A DNA stretch of 64,000 bases from Vulcanimicrobiota bacterium (GTDB lineage: Bacteria; Vulcanimicrobiota; Vulcanimicrobiia; Vulcanimicrobiales; Vulcanimicrobiaceae): positions 128,001 to 192,000 of the forward strand of contig CAVRQT010000003.1 of NCBI GenBank assembly GCA_963723515.1, read 5' to 3'. The position numbers and the translations under genes were made by a program. Under the pieces are notes generated by a model. It worked only from the letters and a program-made list of their open reading frames with translations. It was not told the DNA's origin and searched no databases. Below are positions 61,957 to 64,000 of this stretch, in pieces (the stretch's first letter is position 1; each line of letters opens with the position of its first letter).

Positions 61957-63248
61957 CAGGCGCTGGGGAAGAGCGTCTGATACAGAGAGAGCAACGTCAG
62001 TGCGCTTACGATGATGGCGGTCGCCCACGCGATCCCGTTGAACACCGGCCCGTTGCGATACTTGCCCATGAGCGACCGCTTGTTGATCAAGAGCAGCATG
62101 AAGACAAGGATGAACGGTAAGAGCACGCCGCTGACGATCTGCGAAAACGTGATCAGCGCGAGCAGCGAATGGTGCGGAATCGCTAAGACAAGCGCGGCGC
62201 CGACGATCAGGCTCGCTGCGTAGATCGTGAAAAACACCGGTGCCTCCCGAAACCGCTTGTCCACGCCGTGCTCGAAGCCGCCGGCTTCACAGACAAAGTA
62301 GGCCGTTGAAAGCGGCAGGACCGAGGCGGTAAAGACGCCCGCGTTGAGCAGACCGAAGGCGAAGAGGTAGACGGCGAAGGCGCCCGCGATTGGTTCCAGC
62401 GCTTTCGCCAAGTCGGCGGTTTCATTGACGACGTATTGGTGCGCCGGATGCGACGCATTGAAGATGAAGATCGTCGCTGCGGTGGCCATGATCATGAAGA
62501 ACGACATGAAGTCGGTGACGAAGCAGCCGAAGATGACGTCGATCTTCGAGAGCGCGTAATCGCGAATGCGAATGCCCTTGTCCACGATCGATGCTTGAAT
62601 GTAGAACTGCATCCAAGGCGTGATCGTCGTTCCGATCAACGCAATGATCATCCAAAGGTACGCGGTGTTGTGGCTGAACGTCGGTATGAAAAAGCCCTTC
62701 CAAACGTCGTGCCAATGCGGTGCGGCGCGAAAACCGGAAACGACATACGTCAAATAGAGCGCTGATAGGGCGAGGAAAACTCGCTCGACGGTGCCGCGGC
62801 TCGTTCGCAGCACCAAGAAGAAGACGAGGATCGCAACGACGGGCACGGCGATCACCGGCAAAATGTGAAAGATCCCGGCGGCAACCGCGACGCCCGCAAA
62901 TTCGGCTGATGTCGTGAGGCTGTTCGCGATGACGAGGCACAGCATCACGAAAAAGGTCCACCGAACGCCGAAGTTCTCGCGGATCAAACCCGCGAGCCCT
63001 TTGCCCGTAACCGCGCCCATGCGCGCGCCCATCTCTTGAATGACGATCAGCGCGATCGTGATCGGAATAAGCGTCCAGAGAATCGAGTAGCCGAATTGCG
63101 CACCGGCCTGCGAGTAGACGGTGATGCCGCCGACATCGTTGTCGGCGCTTGCGGTGATGATGCCTGGTCCAAGCACCGCTAAGAACAGAGCGACCTTGGC
63201 GCCCCACCCGAATTTACGTCGCGCCGCTTGCCTCGTGGTCGCTTCCAT
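61956..63248 (-). CDS. NRAMP-family divalent metal transporter (NRMT/Mg2+ type)
   Basis: LGPGIITASADNDVGGITVYSQAGAQFGY, VTGKGL, IGTTITPWMQF. Confidence 0.88.
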   Translation of the reverse strand: MEATTRQAARRKFGWGAKVALFLAVLGPGIITASADNDVGGITVYSQAGAQFGYSILWTLIPITIALIVIQEMGARMGAVTGKGLAGLIRENFGVRWTFFVMLCLVIANSLTTSAEFAGVAVAAGIFHILPVIAVPVVAILVFFLVLRTSRGTVERVFLALSALYLTYVVSGFRAAPHWHDVWKGFFIPTFSHNTAYLWMIIALIGTTITPWMQFYIQASIVDKGIRIRDYALSKIDVIFGCFVTDFMSFFMIMATAATIFIFNASHPAHQYVVNETADLAKALEPIAGAFAVYLFAFGLLNAGVFTASVLPLSTAYFVCEAGGFEHGVDKRFREAPVFFTIYAASLIVGAALVLAIPHHSLLALITFSQIVSGVLLPFILVFMLLLINKRSLMGKYRNGPVFNGIAWATAIIVSALTLLSLYQTLFPSA

Positions 63249-63253
63249 GGTCC

Positions 63254-64000
63254 TTAGGTCGCGGCGGTCGTGGGACTCTTGCGGTGATGATGCGCGGTGA
63301 AGCGCGGCAAGCGCTTTGCAAGCCGTGGCGGCATGATCGCGTCGATGGCGTCGTCAACCGTCACGATGCCCATCATCTTGCCACGTTCGTCGACCACGGG
63401 ACAGGCCAGAAGATCGTACCGCGCGATCGTTGCCGCAACGTCTTCGGCAGGCGTATCGGGATCGACCGTTACGAGATCGCTCGACATGATCTGTTCGATC
63501 GGTGCGTCAGGCGATGCGAGCAGCAGCGCGCGCAGCGTCAGCGTTCCCAGCAGCGTCCCATCGGAATCCGTTACGTAGAGGTAGTAGATGAATTCTGTTT
63601 GCGGCGCGATCTGTCGCAATTTCTCGATCGTTGCTTCTGCGGTGCGATGCGGCAAAATCCAAACGTAGTCGGTCGTCATTAGGCCGCCGGCCGTGTGTTC
63701 TTGGTACTTGACGAGGTCGCGCAGCTCGCCGGCCGTGAATTCATTCATCTCCGCGAGCAGCTCGGATTGCTGCTCTTGCGGCAATTCGGCTAAGAGGTCC
63801 GCGGCGTCGTCGCTGTCCATCTCCTCGATGATATCGGCGGCGCGCTCGGTGCCGATGTCTTCGATAATCGATTTTTGCCGGTCGGCATCGAGATGTTCGA
63901 GCGCATCGGCAGCGGTTTCGTCATCGAGTTGGTGAATGACGCTCGCGGCTTCGCGCGTCGAGAGATCGCTGATGATCTCTGCCAACTCCGAAGGATGCAG
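63254..64000 (-). CDS. MgtE intracellular (N-domain plus CBS pair) protein without a TM domain; 5' end lies beyond the window
   Basis: MDSDDAADLL, TAGGLMTTDY, YLYVTD, MGIVTVDDAID, then a stop. Confidence 0.88.
   Translation of the reverse strand: MHPSELAEIISDLSTREAASVIHQLDDETAADALEHLDADRQKSIIEDIGTERAADIIEEMDSDDAADLLAELPQEQQSELLAEMNEFTAGELRDLVKYQEHTAGGLMTTDYVWILPHRTAEATIEKLRQIAPQTEFIYYLYVTDSDGTLLGTLTLRALLLASPDAPIEQIMSSDLVTVDPDTPAEDVAATIARYDLLACPVVDERGKMMGIVTVDDAIDAIMPPRLAKRLPRFTAHHHRKSPTTAAT

Overview
A gene-dense window of roughly 60% GC from a diderm bacterium (TonB receptor, lipoproteins). An Eremiobacterota-like origin is only a guess from composition and gene style. Many conserved genes carry single-base frameshifts, which most likely reflect an unpolished long-read assembly. 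In order, the window holds: an aromatic-CoA catabolic cluster (PaaH-like dehydrogenase, thiolase, aldehyde dehydrogenase, PaaX, a short BoxB-like di-iron epoxidase and a half-size BoxC-like crotonase); DUF885; an ATP-dependent DNA ligase with an MBL exonuclease; cysK-asparaginase II-metH; transporters; nagA and a phosphomannomutase; a CHASE3-PP2C phosphatase; split transketolase; a cobalamin-riboswitch btuBCD locus with a divergent btuF-hflX; two K+ channels; a complete nuoA-N operon; and an MgtE-CBS/NRAMP/PucR/GlnA-like/cyclodeaminase run converging on a PLP decarboxylase. The most striking unexplained signal is a family of 19-25 nt hairpin repeats (NNNTTCGA-N4/5-CTCAGNN plus a CAGGC or TGACA tail), about 12 units at 7 loci. 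Their stems co-vary. They sit in frame inside proteins (HflX, NuoL, an aldo-keto reductase), supply stop codons, and nest inside one another. Between nuoK and nuoL they form a 191-bp insertion flanked by a 13-bp direct repeat, which keeps translational coupling through a new 63-aa ORF. Several genes also appear to start at non-AUG/GUG/UUG codons. No rRNA, tRNA, CRISPR array or transposase was seen.
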